Virus record (IMG/VR): IMGVR_UViG_3300045988_174371 | Coordinates: 192,001-256,000 of that record | DNA from: a virus | Reading direction: 5' to 3' (one strand) | Length of the DNA: 64,000 nucleotides | Shown here: positions 52,843 to 62,273 of the stretch, one piece after another | Numbering within the stretch: the stretch's first letter is position 1 | Layout: each line of letters begins with the position of its first letter | Made by a program: the position numbers and the translations under genes | The notes under the pieces: generated by a model | The model's input: only the letters and a program-made list of their open reading frames with translations | Told to the model about the DNA's origin: nothing | The model's database searches: none

Positions 52843-54345
52843 CTAATCCAAAGTCTCACTAATAACGTCACCTAGTGTCGTACCGGGCTCTAGGAGAACC
52901 CAATCGCCGGGAAGTACCTGGTGAACATACTTCTCCAACTCTGCGCCGCCATCCGTCAGTACTTTAACTTTCTCGGAGACAGGCAAAACGGCAGAGCTTT
53001 CATCTCCAAACCTCAGCTCTGCCTGGTCTACACGACCTGCTGAGATGAAACGTTCAAAGAACAAGCCGAACTCGATAGGGTCAATGTCAGTAATGCCCAG
53101 CAGATAAGCGACGATAGAGCCTCCAGCAGAGCCACGAGCGATACCTACCGCACTCATCACAATCTCATCAGCCGCATTACGGACACTGAACGATTCACGG
53201 AACCAATTCACGTATTCAGCCACGATAACCATGTAGCCACAATAGTTTGCTGAGGCTAGGGCATCAAGCTCTTTCTTTGCACGCTCCAACACCAGAGAGT
53301 ACTTATCCTTGTCATGGTGAAACTGCTCATAAGCGAGCGACGTAACCGTCCTACGCAAGTAGCTTTCCTCAGTCTCGTCCGCCGGAATGAGTGGCACAGG
53401 ACGCAAATCAGACCTGTACTCAAACAGCGAGAATCCTTGCACCTTGCCCGCAAGCTCAGCTGTATTAGTTACTGCACCTGGGTACTCCGTATCCGGGAAA
53501 AGACGCATCATCTCGTCTGCGCTCTTGAGGTAGTACTGGTCGCCGTCAAAGCAAAACCTGCGACCACCCTGTTCCTTCGGCAAGTCATTCATTGTTGAGC
53601 CTGTACCGATAGCAAGCATCTCCTCATGGTGGGGTGCATCCTGAGGCAATGCATAATGGCAATCGTTAGTTGCCAGTAGGCGCAACCCCAAATCCTTAGC
53701 GAGTGCGACCTGCTTCACCAGCAGGGACCGCTCCAAATCTGAAGACATCGAATGGTTCATAACCTCTACGAAGACGTTCTCGACACCGTAAATGTCGATA
53801 AGAGTCTGCGCATAGGAATAAGCCTCAGCATCCTGCCCCAAACGGAAACGGGTAGAAATCTCACCAGAGGGACATCCAGTAGATACCACAATGCCCGACG
53901 AATATTCCCTCATCATCTCCAAATCGATACGGGGGTACCCGCCGCGCTTATGCTCAGGGGAAGCCGCCAACATCTGCAACGTAAACATATTACGCAGACC
54001 CTCATCATTGACAGCCCACATCGTCAAATGCAGATAGTTACCCCTGCCAGACACATCCCCAACAGCCCCAGGCGCACCGTAAAAAACGGGAGTCTTCACT
54101 TTAGCACCCTCAGGGTTAATCGGTGCGACGTAGAACTCACAACCTGGTACGGGGGTGACACCAGCCTTTTGGCAACCCGTCACAAGTTCATAGATGCCGT
54201 GCATGTTGCCGTGGTCAGTGATACCCAGAGCAGTCTGACCTGCATCAACTGCACGCTGAATGTACTCGCTGACACTAGAGAAGCCGTCTAGCGTGGAGTA
54301 TGTTGAGTGCGTATGAAGGTTTACGAAAGATTCAGGGGAAACCAA
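52843..54345 (-). CDS. dnaE: DNA polymerase III alpha subunit, N-terminal fragment (PHP domain and start of palm), separate ORF
   Basis: FVNLHTHSTYSTLDGFS, ITDHGNMHG ... IARGSAGGSIVAYLLGITDIDPIEFGLFFERFISAGR, then a ~62-aa non-DnaE tail ending at a TAG. Confidence 0.85.
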   Translation of the reverse strand: MVSPESFVNLHTHSTYSTLDGFSSVSEYIQRAVDAGQTALGITDHGNMHGIYELVTGCQKAGVTPVPGCEFYVAPINPEGAKVKTPVFYGAPGAVGDVSGRGNYLHLTMWAVNDEGLRNMFTLQMLAASPEHKRGGYPRIDLEMMREYSSGIVVSTGCPSGEISTRFRLGQDAEAYSYAQTLIDIYGVENVFVEVMNHSMSSDLERSLLVKQVALAKDLGLRLLATNDCHYALPQDAPHHEEMLAIGTGSTMNDLPKEQGGRRFCFDGDQYYLKSADEMMRLFPDTEYPGAVTNTAELAGKVQGFSLFEYRSDLRPVPLIPADETEESYLRRTVTSLAYEQFHHDKDKYSLVLERAKKELDALASANYCGYMVIVAEYVNWFRESFSVRNAADEIVMSAVGIARGSAGGSIVAYLLGITDIDPIEFGLFFERFISAGRVDQAELRFGDESSAVLPVSEKVKVLTDGGAELEKYVHQVLPGDWVLLEPGTTLGDVISETLD

Positions 54346-54375
54346 TGGTTCTTATTCCTCAATTAGTCAGGTAGC

Positions 54376-54421
54376 AACGTGAGGGCACGCTCCAAAAGAT
54401 GATGGAACGTGCCCTCACGTT
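54376..54421 (-). terminator. intrinsic terminator (14-bp stem) upstream of dnaE-N
   Basis: AACGTGAGGGCACG-18 nt-CGTGCCCTCACGTT, between the stop at 54527 and the dnaE-N start at 54345. Confidence 0.55.
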
Positions 54422-54526
54422 ATTCACTACTTAATCACTTAACACTAGAAGCAAGGAGGTACCGTGTCTTCCAACATTAGCCATAATAGCACATGCCTGT
54501 GGTGCGGCACCAAGGCAATAGGGGTA

Positions 54527-55756
54527 TTAAATTTTGGTTCGACGCAACCGAGTCTGAGTCTTCTCATCAAGCTTCGGCTTCACCTGGTAGATTCTCTCTG
54601 CCATTTGAACAAGGGGAAGAGCCTTTGCAGACTTACCCACTGCGCTACCATTAACGATACCAACATCAAGATAGCGAGTAGGATTACCTTGAGCATCGAG
54701 AGGGGAATCTGGCATCGCCAGCGTAATGTTACGCTTGTCTGCGGGGCATGTGTTACCTACATCCATTAGGATAGGGATAACGCCAGGCGGTGTGCGGGAG
54801 ATGACCTTATCGAAGAGCCACGGCTCAACAGGTTTCCCTGCATAGGTAAGTCGTCGAGACTTTACCTTATCCCCAAAAAGACCGACCTTTTCTTCCAATA
54901 CGAAGGATGTTTCCATCTTTACGGGGAAGAATAGGTATGCCCTCTGCCCTACCACGAAGACCGGCGCCGGAGCGCCATTGCGAGGCGCAGTATAGGGGTA
55001 GTAGTACCATTCAGAGTCGTACTTATTCTTATGCTCCTCATTTAGGAGCGCGGCTTCTTCCTTGACTTTCTTCTCCAAATGCTTAGGCTGTACGAACACT
55101 GGCATCTTCGCGCGCCAGTAGAACATCTTAACGCCGTAGCGATACCACAAAGAAGAAATGCCCACAGAGAGAAGCATTAGAACGCCGCCACCAAGAGCTG
55201 GGTTTAGCGTAGAAGCCGTCGTGATAACGCCAGCAGTAGTAGCGAGAACGGTCACCCACGGCTGATGCGTCCAACGGGACACCCCATAAACTCCGAACAA
55301 GGAGATGGTGTATGAAATTCCTAGAGCCAGCAGTGGGGAGAAACCTGCGAAGAACTCCCAGCCGCTATACGGCGAAGCGAAAACCGCCACATCATGCATC
55401 GTCACCATACAATAACCAACAATGGTTAATGTCACAAGAACTTTAATGATGACGACGGAACGGCTCAGCACGAACAGGAACCCGGCAGACACCACGAGCC
55501 AGACCCACGGAGCCCACCAAGACAACCCCTGAATACGGGATGAGACAATAGAGAGGAAGAGCGTAATCGAAACAGCGGGAAGTGCGAATCGCCCATACGA
55601 GCCTTCCAGGAACTCTACAAGCCACTTACTGAGCCTGCGGAACGCTGAAATGCACCTGTCTCTAAATGTCTTCTTCACCCCATCGCTGGAACTTTCAACC
55701 GTATCACCTGTAGAAATGTCCACAAGGGATTCCTCAGCATTAGCTTTCTTCTTCAT
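54527..55756 (-). CDS. polytopic membrane protein with soluble C-terminal domain (409 aa)
   Basis: ~7 hydrophobic spans in residues ~50-230, then a ~180-aa soluble domain. The start overlaps the MazG-like stop by 17 nt. Confidence 0.5.
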   Translation of the reverse strand: MKKKANAEESLVDISTGDTVESSSDGVKKTFRDRCISAFRRLSKWLVEFLEGSYGRFALPAVSITLFLSIVSSRIQGLSWWAPWVWLVVSAGFLFVLSRSVVIIKVLVTLTIVGYCMVTMHDVAVFASPYSGWEFFAGFSPLLALGISYTISLFGVYGVSRWTHQPWVTVLATTAGVITTASTLNPALGGGVLMLLSVGISSLWYRYGVKMFYWRAKMPVFVQPKHLEKKVKEEAALLNEEHKNKYDSEWYYYPYTAPRNGAPAPVFVVGQRAYLFFPVKMETSFVLEEKVGLFGDKVKSRRLTYAGKPVEPWLFDKVISRTPPGVIPILMDVGNTCPADKRNITLAMPDSPLDAQGNPTRYLDVGIVNGSAVGKSAKALPLVQMAERIYQVKPKLDEKTQTRLRRTKI

Positions 55757-56498
55757 TCGTCACCCAGCTTCCCATATGCTTAGTCTTGCCACCTTCAAGT
55801 ACCGGAGCAAGATTCGGAGGGACGAAGTTCTCGCCTTTAAGAATTTTTCCATCCTCACGGTAGATAGGCTTGCCGTCAGCCCCCAACTTCGTCATATTAG
55901 ACGCATGGATTTCCTGGTTCACATGCTCCAACGGTACACCCATAGCAACAAACGTGCCGGTGTTAATGTACCGGATGTCACCCAGCGCATCAAGGATAGC
56001 CAGCTTATCTACAGGAAGCTCATCAAGGGGCTTCGCGCCAACGATAGCGTTCAACGCCGCCTTGAAAATCATAAACGCTGGCATCAAAGCAGACTTAACA
56101 GCCTCCTTATTCTGCACATCACTGGACTCAGCCGCAACATCCAGCACCACGTCGAGAAGAGGGACGACAGACTTCAATGCGCTTTCAAGAGACTCTCTGT
56201 TGATGGAAAGCTCCTCAAGAGACTTCGCCTGAACAATAAAATCAAGGCAAGCCTCAAAAAGCAGAGCCATCGGATTGCCGAAAATACCTTCAGTTAGTTC
56301 CCCAGACTCCTCACCATGCAAGGTGTAGCGGCGAACTAGTTCACGCTTGCCCTCGACGCTTTCCAAATCGATAGGGTTAGTGAACCCATTCTGATGCCCG
56401 AACGTATCATGAAACTGGCGCAATGCGCGAGACTCATACTCTTCACTAGGGTGAATCTTCGGGGGAAGCGCGGGAATTTCGAACTTAGACATATTCAT
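55740..56498 (-). CDS. MazG-like nucleoside triphosphate pyrophosphohydrolase family protein
   Basis: GEESGELTEGI (E-x-x-E metal motif). C-terminal EIHASNMTKLGADGKPIYREDGKILKGENFVPPNL is typical of phage or all-alpha NTP-PPases. Confidence 0.55.
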   Translation of the reverse strand: MNMSKFEIPALPPKIHPSEEYESRALRQFHDTFGHQNGFTNPIDLESVEGKRELVRRYTLHGEESGELTEGIFGNPMALLFEACLDFIVQAKSLEELSINRESLESALKSVVPLLDVVLDVAAESSDVQNKEAVKSALMPAFMIFKAALNAIVGAKPLDELPVDKLAILDALGDIRYINTGTFVAMGVPLEHVNQEIHASNMTKLGADGKPIYREDGKILKGENFVPPNLAPVLEGGKTKHMGSWVTNEEES

Positions 56499-56649
56499 GT
56501 CTCCTTCTAGTAACGTGATAGATGTTTTGCGCCGCGCACAAAGAAGAATGTAGCGTCTTCCCTGTGCGCGGCAAAAAGAAGCTAATGAGGGATGCGAGTC
56601 CCCTGTTAGCCATATCTCAATTATGAGCTAGTACCAGCTTACCACTACT

Positions 56650-57549
56650 CTAGCTAAACTGCTCAGTGGAGAAGAACTCCACATTCTTAGCCTGGCTAAA
56701 CTCGTCAGGCAATGAAAGCACACGCGGAACAACGAAGGTCTCAGAGCCGTCAGTTGCGCTTACCGCAACGTCCTTAGAGTCATTGCGTACATGCCAGTGA
56801 CCATGAACAAGTACGCGCGGCTTCGCGGCAACAACCGCATCTGCAATATTAGCGCGGCTCCGCTCCGCTCGGGCAAGCACTCTAGCCGGAACATTACTCA
56901 GGGAGCTCTGTACGCGGCTCTGGGGCACTGGCGCAGTCGGCGGCGCATCATGTGTCAGCATCATATCAACGACCCCTCCAAGGCGCTCTACGCCGCCCTT
57001 AACTCGCTGAACATCTTCAGTGGTGACCTGCTCGTTGATAGACCAATAACGGCGCATCTGCTCAAACTCAATATTGATACTTCCAGCGCCACCACAAGCC
57101 AAGAAGCTCATGCCTCGCTTACCGCCAGCGGTACCTAGGCGGGCAGTAGCGCCTCGCGTCGCCCAAACCACACGGGGAGTGATGAAGACAAAGCCGTCCT
57201 CATTCGCGGTATCGCGCAAATCATTTAGACCTGCGCGAGTCAAGACAGCATCGCTAGAATATGCTGGGGTTCCAGAGGAAGCATACTGCTCATGATTACC
57301 ATCAATGAAGAGCACAAAATAATCATGTAACTTAGCACGATTCGTAATCATAGAAACATACTCTTCATACCCAGGCAATGACGGGTAGTAGCCAAAATCA
57401 CCCACATGCAGAATGACATCCACGCCCTTACTCTCCACGTAGGTAAGCACCTTATTCACGCGCTCCGTATTCATATGCCAGTCTCCGGCAACAGCAACGG
57501 TCTTAGCATTAGCTAGATGCTCATAGAAATTCTCCATACATTTCTCCAT
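56650..57549 (-). CDS. calcineurin-like metallophosphoesterase
   Basis: VAGDWH, HVGDFGY, DGNHE, LTHDAP, VHGHWH. Confidence 0.7.
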   Translation of the reverse strand: MEKCMENFYEHLANAKTVAVAGDWHMNTERVNKVLTYVESKGVDVILHVGDFGYYPSLPGYEEYVSMITNRAKLHDYFVLFIDGNHEQYASSGTPAYSSDAVLTRAGLNDLRDTANEDGFVFITPRVVWATRGATARLGTAGGKRGMSFLACGGAGSINIEFEQMRRYWSINEQVTTEDVQRVKGGVERLGGVVDMMLTHDAPPTAPVPQSRVQSSLSNVPARVLARAERSRANIADAVVAAKPRVLVHGHWHVRNDSKDVAVSATDGSETFVVPRVLSLPDEFSQAKNVEFFSTEQFS

Positions 57550-57574
57550 TCAAATAGTAGGTTCACGCATCCCC

Positions 57575-58840
57575 TTATAGTGATGCGTTCTTCTCGAAAA
57601 CTCGTTCTTCGCCGCGCTTCAGATAAGCCTCTGCAAGGTCAGTAGCTCTCTTACGCGCTTCCGGGTCAGCAATGCTATTCAGAGTCTCTGAGCGTTCCGT
57701 CCAGGCGTGGTAAGCCGCGCCCAGACCACCACCCTGAATGAGCGGGATGTCTACAGCATCATCTTTCACCTCGGCTTCGGAAGGTAGCTTCTCTTCTTTT
57801 GCCGCGCGTGGCGCAAGGTTATAAGAGAGTGCAAACTTCGACGCATCATCGATAAGAGTCTGGTCGCGCGCGGCAAACACGGAAGGGGTAGCCCCAAATA
57901 CGCGCTGACGCAAGATAGGCGCATTAGCAGGGTCGTACTCAAGACCCTCACTAGCAGGCGGCAAATTCGCCAAAATAGCCTCAGTGAGCGCCACAGAATC
58001 AAGACCCTCAGCATAGATGGGCGGCAAATCCTCCTGAGGGCGCTGACGGACGTTCTTCATCTCACGAGTAACGGAGCCGTCCGGCGCAATATGCCACAGC
58101 GTATAGCCGCGCCCAAGAGCGCCCTTCGCATCAGCGAAGCCGCGCCTAATTAGTGAGCCGTTATAGAAGATGCCGCTATGTTCATCGCCAACAAAGCCGC
58201 GCTCATGAATATGCCCAAGCATCATCGCATCCCAACCCGCATAAAGGAACGAGTCAGGAATAACTACCTCGCGCACAGTATCATTTACGCGGATACGCTC
58301 TTTCAACAAAGGGTCAATGAGTGAGCCGTGCGTCGTAAGGATATTGATAGCCCCCTTAACCGGCTCGACCTTCTTCATCACATCTACACTCTCTGTGTAC
58401 ATGTGATGACTCACCATATGTAGGGCAATATCATCGTTAATGTGATACAGCTGGTAGGGGTTAGCGTGAGAGTAGATGCCCATCTGCGGTAGATGCAAGT
58501 TCCTTGTAAACGCAACATCACTCTTTACGTCGTTCACGTCATGATTTCCCGTAATGTTGTAGACAGGGATTCCTGCCTCAGCAAGCCGCATCAGTCCAAG
58601 ACGCATATGCAGGCGAGCACGGTCGGACGGGTTCGGCTCATGCCCAATATCGCCAGCAATGACTACGGCATCCACTTCATCAGCGATAATGCCATCGATA
58701 GCTTCTTCCCATGCCAGGTAGCCGTCAAGCTCACGTAGCGGGATAAGCATCCCATCGTCGGGGTCTTCGCCTAGGCGGTTCAAAGACGAGTTATCGCGGT
58801 ACCCTAGATGCAGGTCTGATAGATGAGCAATCGTAAACAA
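57575..58840 (-). CDS. sbcD: Mre11/SbcD-family nuclease
   Basis: AHLSDLHLGYR, VIAGDIGH, ITGNHD, TTHGS, LGHIHERG. Confidence 0.75.
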   Translation of the reverse strand: MFTIAHLSDLHLGYRDNSSLNRLGEDPDDGMLIPLRELDGYLAWEEAIDGIIADEVDAVVIAGDIGHEPNPSDRARLHMRLGLMRLAEAGIPVYNITGNHDVNDVKSDVAFTRNLHLPQMGIYSHANPYQLYHINDDIALHMVSHHMYTESVDVMKKVEPVKGAINILTTHGSLIDPLLKERIRVNDTVREVVIPDSFLYAGWDAMMLGHIHERGFVGDEHSGIFYNGSLIRRGFADAKGALGRGYTLWHIAPDGSVTREMKNVRQRPQEDLPPIYAEGLDSVALTEAILANLPPASEGLEYDPANAPILRQRVFGATPSVFAARDQTLIDDASKFALSYNLAPRAAKEEKLPSEAEVKDDAVDIPLIQGGGLGAAYHAWTERSETLNSIADPEARKRATDLAEAYLKRGEERVFEKNASL

Positions 58841-58848
58841 TTCTTAAG

Positions 58849-58917
58849 TCTTTCAGTGGTATAGGAAGAACGGGCACCCATTCATCTGGTGCCCGTTCAA
58901 ATTATACCACTGAAAGA
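58849..58917 (-). terminator. compound stem-loop (nested 14-bp and 11-bp stems)
   Basis: TCTTTCAGTGGTAT...GAACGGGCACC-9 nt-GGTGCCCGTTC...ATACCACTGAAAGA, between the stop at 58923 and the sbcD-like start at 58840. Confidence 0.55.
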
Positions 58918-58922
58918 ATAAG

Positions 58923-59165
58923 TTACACACCCTGAACTCGGGCGATAACCTCCTGAACCCTCTCCTGAACTTCGGGAGATAGCTTACTCATGTCGCCCTG
59001 AATCTTCTGGAACAGGTCTGCGTAGGTGGTAGCCGCCTTAATGAACTTGGCGACGTTACTTTTCAGCGTGTACTGGGCGTTAGTCTCAGTGAGCTTAGTG
59101 ATGGCGGCAAGCTGGCTGGGGCCCGAAAGAGTCTCAATGTCGTGGTAAGTTGCGTTAGGTGTCAT
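58923..59165 (-). CDS. small helical hypothetical protein (80 aa)
   Basis: ORF bracketed by two strong terminators. No motif recognised. Confidence 0.4.
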   Translation of the reverse strand: MTPNATYHDIETLSGPSQLAAITKLTETNAQYTLKSNVAKFIKAATTYADLFQKIQGDMSKLSPEVQERVQEVIARVQGV

Positions 59166-59192
59166 AGGTATATGCCTTTCTCGTCAAAAAAA

Positions 59193-59235
59193 TAGTTACT
59201 GTGTTCTCGCTATCTCAACGAGAACACAGTAACTA
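59193..59235 (-). terminator. classic intrinsic terminator (17-bp stem plus U7 tract)
   Basis: Minus strand: TAGTTACTGTGTTCTCG-9 nt-CGAGAACACAGTAACTA followed by TTTTTTT. Lies 34 nt after the helicase stop. Confidence 0.8.
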
Positions 59236-59268
59236 TACCACATGTTTCGGCAGGCGTGCAAGTTCTGG

Positions 59269-61308
59269 TTAGAGACCAGCCATCAACGCATACTCTTCCA
59301 TCATATCCACCATAAGAGCAACCATAGCGTCAGCATCACCAGTAGCTCGAATATGAGCCATACGCGCATTGAACGCCTCGACAGATGAGCGAGCATCTGG
59401 AACCTCAGCGTTATGCAGTGGCTCTAAGCGCTGGCACACCAGCCAGCCTCGCTTCAACGACTCACGAGACACGGGCGTACCTGAAAGCCCACCTCCATTA
59501 GAGTTACCCTCAGCCGAAGCCACAGACTGACCATTAGAGTCAGTGGAAGCATCGCTGGAATCAGATACAAAGGTGCGCTCAGGCACCTCAGTAATCACAA
59601 GGTTATTCTTCTTACCCAAGAAAGCAAACGCCTTATACGCATCGTCATAGTCCGTAATGTTATCACGGAAAGACTTCGCATCCTCAGCCGCCCAAGCAGT
59701 AATAGAAGCCATAATCCTAACCGACTCCTCATCCACCTGCCAAGACTTCGGGTTAGAACCCAAAATGTAAGCAGTATCAAGACGGCGCACACGTGAAAGT
59801 GCCACATAGCCCAGCCCCTCAGTAAACGAAGAACTCAGGTCTAGAACAGCTCCATCATAGGTCTGCCCCTGAGACTTGTGAACCGTAATCGCGTAACCAG
59901 GCTTCAGAGGGAACATTGAACTATGCGCATAGGAAGAGCTAACCCACTTACCGTCATCTTTCTGGATTGGGCGTTCAAGGGTGCTCTCCTCATTTACAAC
60001 AAGGAACAGCCCATCACCGAACTGGACAACAGGCGAAACATCCGCAGACTTAGGAATGTCGGCAACAGACTCGTAATAGTCTTCACCATCAACTGTCGCG
60101 AAAGCCCTCACGTACCCCATAGAGCCATTGGTGATTTTAGTGGTGGAATCCGTAATCCAGAAATTGCGGGCAATATTCTCGTCGTCAGCCCTGCCTCCGT
60201 AGAACGCCGCGATAGGCATGTCAGCAACAACTTTAGTGCCAATCTTCAGCTCAATCTCATGCTCAGCTCTATTCTTTAGGGACTTCCACTGAGCCTTCTG
60301 CGTGGGAGTGAGCGTATCCTCAACGGTCATCAACGCGGCATCTGACTTGAAGATAAGAGATTCGCCCTCTAGTTCAGCAATGCGCTTCGCATTATGCTGA
60401 GCAACCTCAATATTGCGGGTGTAGATGCGGATAGTAGGCTCCGCATCCTTACCATGCTCCTTGTCAAGCCTATCAGCTTCCTCGGGAGTGATGGAGCGCT
60501 TGGCTAGGCTATTAAAATCTTCCGTGGTCAAGGAGTTAGAAGACATATGCTTGATGATGCGCGCCAGCTCAGGGTCAGTGGCACGGTGAGCCTCGGTAAG
60601 GAAGCAGTAGCGGAAGCCAGCATCTTCCCAAGCGGGGGTGCTAAATGGGAAGCCTGAATAATGTTTGCCCTGAAAGTCCCTATCAGGAACAGCCTTGAGC
60701 TGATTAAAGTCGCCTACCGCAACAATCTGAAGTCCGCCGAAAGCCTTGTCGCTCTTGCGGATACGACGCAAATATGCGTCCATCTCCTGCCATAGCTGAC
60801 CGTAAATCATAGAGACCTCATCAATAATGAGGACATCAATCTCACGCAGTCGCTCTGACTTGTGGAAGACATACGAAGGGTTGCCGTCTGCATCCCAATG
60901 CTTGCTCTTACCTACACCAAAGAGGCTATGAATAGTCGCTCCCTTGATGTTTTCTGCCGCCGCGCCAGTAGATGCAGTAACCTCATACTTGACGTTATGC
61001 ATATCGAACACTCGGCAAGCCAGGTGCACGATAGAGCTTTTGCCGGTTCCAGGCCCACCGGCAATAAATACGTTCTCGCCTACAAGGATTCGGGTAAGCG
61101 CCTCAAACTGACTGGTTCCCTTAGCGCTATTAGCCGCTTCCAGAGCGTTAGCAAACCCAAGATAAAGCTCGTTGTCGCCGCCGTCAGAGCCTACAAGCCG
61201 GGCGTATGCCTCCTGGAAGTTAAGCTCTTCAACCTCAGCGAGAAGAGGAAGTCGAGACTTATTCGCCTCGGCTGAAGGAATCTGCTTGTCCTTCTTGCTT
61301 TTAGTCAT
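59269..61308 (-). CDS. RecD/Pif1-like SF1B helicase
   Basis: FIAGGPGTGKSS (Walker A), LIIDEVSMI (Walker B), VGDFNQLKAV, ITVHKSQGQTYD, GYVALSRVRR. Confidence 0.8.
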   Translation of the reverse strand: MTKSKKDKQIPSAEANKSRLPLLAEVEELNFQEAYARLVGSDGGDNELYLGFANALEAANSAKGTSQFEALTRILVGENVFIAGGPGTGKSSIVHLACRVFDMHNVKYEVTASTGAAAENIKGATIHSLFGVGKSKHWDADGNPSYVFHKSERLREIDVLIIDEVSMIYGQLWQEMDAYLRRIRKSDKAFGGLQIVAVGDFNQLKAVPDRDFQGKHYSGFPFSTPAWEDAGFRYCFLTEAHRATDPELARIIKHMSSNSLTTEDFNSLAKRSITPEEADRLDKEHGKDAEPTIRIYTRNIEVAQHNAKRIAELEGESLIFKSDAALMTVEDTLTPTQKAQWKSLKNRAEHEIELKIGTKVVADMPIAAFYGGRADDENIARNFWITDSTTKITNGSMGYVRAFATVDGEDYYESVADIPKSADVSPVVQFGDGLFLVVNEESTLERPIQKDDGKWVSSSYAHSSMFPLKPGYAITVHKSQGQTYDGAVLDLSSSFTEGLGYVALSRVRRLDTAYILGSNPKSWQVDEESVRIMASITAWAAEDAKSFRDNITDYDDAYKAFAFLGKKNNLVITEVPERTFVSDSSDASTDSNGQSVASAEGNSNGGGLSGTPVSRESLKRGWLVCQRLEPLHNAEVPDARSSVEAFNARMAHIRATGDADAMVALMVDMMEEYALMAGL

Positions 61309-61355
61309 ATGTGTTAGTGTCCTTCAAGTAGTGGTGATGTGGAATATGGTGGGCG

Positions 61356-62273
61356 TTACATGCACAAAGCGAGGCAGAAACGCTTAAATTCTTCCACCGT
61401 ATACGACCTGTACGGGTTGCGAAGAAAGCTCTGTAGGTCGTTCGCAATAGCTAGTATACCTTGAAGTTTCACTCTTCGCGACAGATTGTAGGGCTCTTTA
61501 AGTGACCAGGTACTTCCACCTAGAGCTGTAACTACGTCACTGAGCTTAGCTTCAGGATGAACTTCAAGATAAGAGGCAACCCTCAAAGTGTCTGAAATCT
61601 TACTTTTCAGGACAGCTACAGGGAATGTTGCCCCGCTACCTGCCCTGTCAATAATGCTGTTCACTCGCGCAATGTCCTTCTTCACGAGAGCATCTAGAAT
61701 GTCCCAAGGGGCGCGAGTCCCAGGCTCCATCGGAATGTAACGGTCTACATCGTGAATCGTCAGTTGCTTCTTCTCTTCATCAGAAATAGTCGCAACAAAG
61801 TCGAGGAGCCTGACAATGAGCCTCAGCTCCTCCCCTGCATGTTCAGCCATGAAGTTAATAACTGGACGAGGAAGACCTGCTTTCTCAAGCTCATGACGCA
61901 CACGGTTCTTGGAAGCGGTGGGCTTGATGACCGTGACCCCCATCTTCTCCGAGCTCTTCAGGATACCTCTCAGTGAGTTTAGTGGGGCACCTGTAGAAAT
62001 GATAAGACCACCCCAAGGTTCAGTCCTGCAATTCTGCAAGGTCTTCACCGCAACCTCAGCATCCTGCTTCAACGGACAAGACACAGAATAGACGTGAACG
62101 CCACCAAAAAGGTCTACAGCGGTAGCTTCTCGAACTGCCGAGACAAGCACCGAATCGCCACCCGTCTTGGCGCGCATCTCACGCCTAACCTTACGGACAA
62201 GATAATCACGGAAAGCGTCGTTAGGCTCAGCGATAAAGACTACCCGCTCAAATTTACGAGCCAACAGAATCAC
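61356..62273 (-). CDS. DNA polymerase III delta subunit (HolA)-like
   Basis: ~300 aa. INFMAEHAGEELRLIVRLLDFV...LTIHDVDRYI...PWDILDALVKKDIARVNSII follows the layout of delta domains II-III. Pattern-level only. Confidence 0.45.
   Translation of the reverse strand: MILLARKFERVVFIAEPNDAFRDYLVRKVRREMRAKTGGDSVLVSAVREATAVDLFGGVHVYSVSCPLKQDAEVAVKTLQNCRTEPWGGLIISTGAPLNSLRGILKSSEKMGVTVIKPTASKNRVRHELEKAGLPRPVINFMAEHAGEELRLIVRLLDFVATISDEEKKQLTIHDVDRYIPMEPGTRAPWDILDALVKKDIARVNSIIDRAGSGATFPVAVLKSKISDTLRVASYLEVHPEAKLSDVVTALGGSTWSLKEPYNLSRRVKLQGILAIANDLQSFLRNPYRSYTVEEFKRFCLALCM

Noticed and set aside
51460-53040. Canonical split intein at the dnaE junction
   Set aside because: The combined extra sequence is only ~86 aa. 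No Cys/Ser/Thr nucleophile sits at the N-junction, and no TxxH block B is visible. The C-piece ends in HP rather than HN. It is kept only as one hypothesis in the findings.
53752-56297. Plus-strand ORFs 53752..54291 (179 aa) and 55650..56297 (215 aa)
   Set aside because: They are antisense to dnaE-N and to the MazG-like and membrane-protein genes, which carry recognisable motifs.
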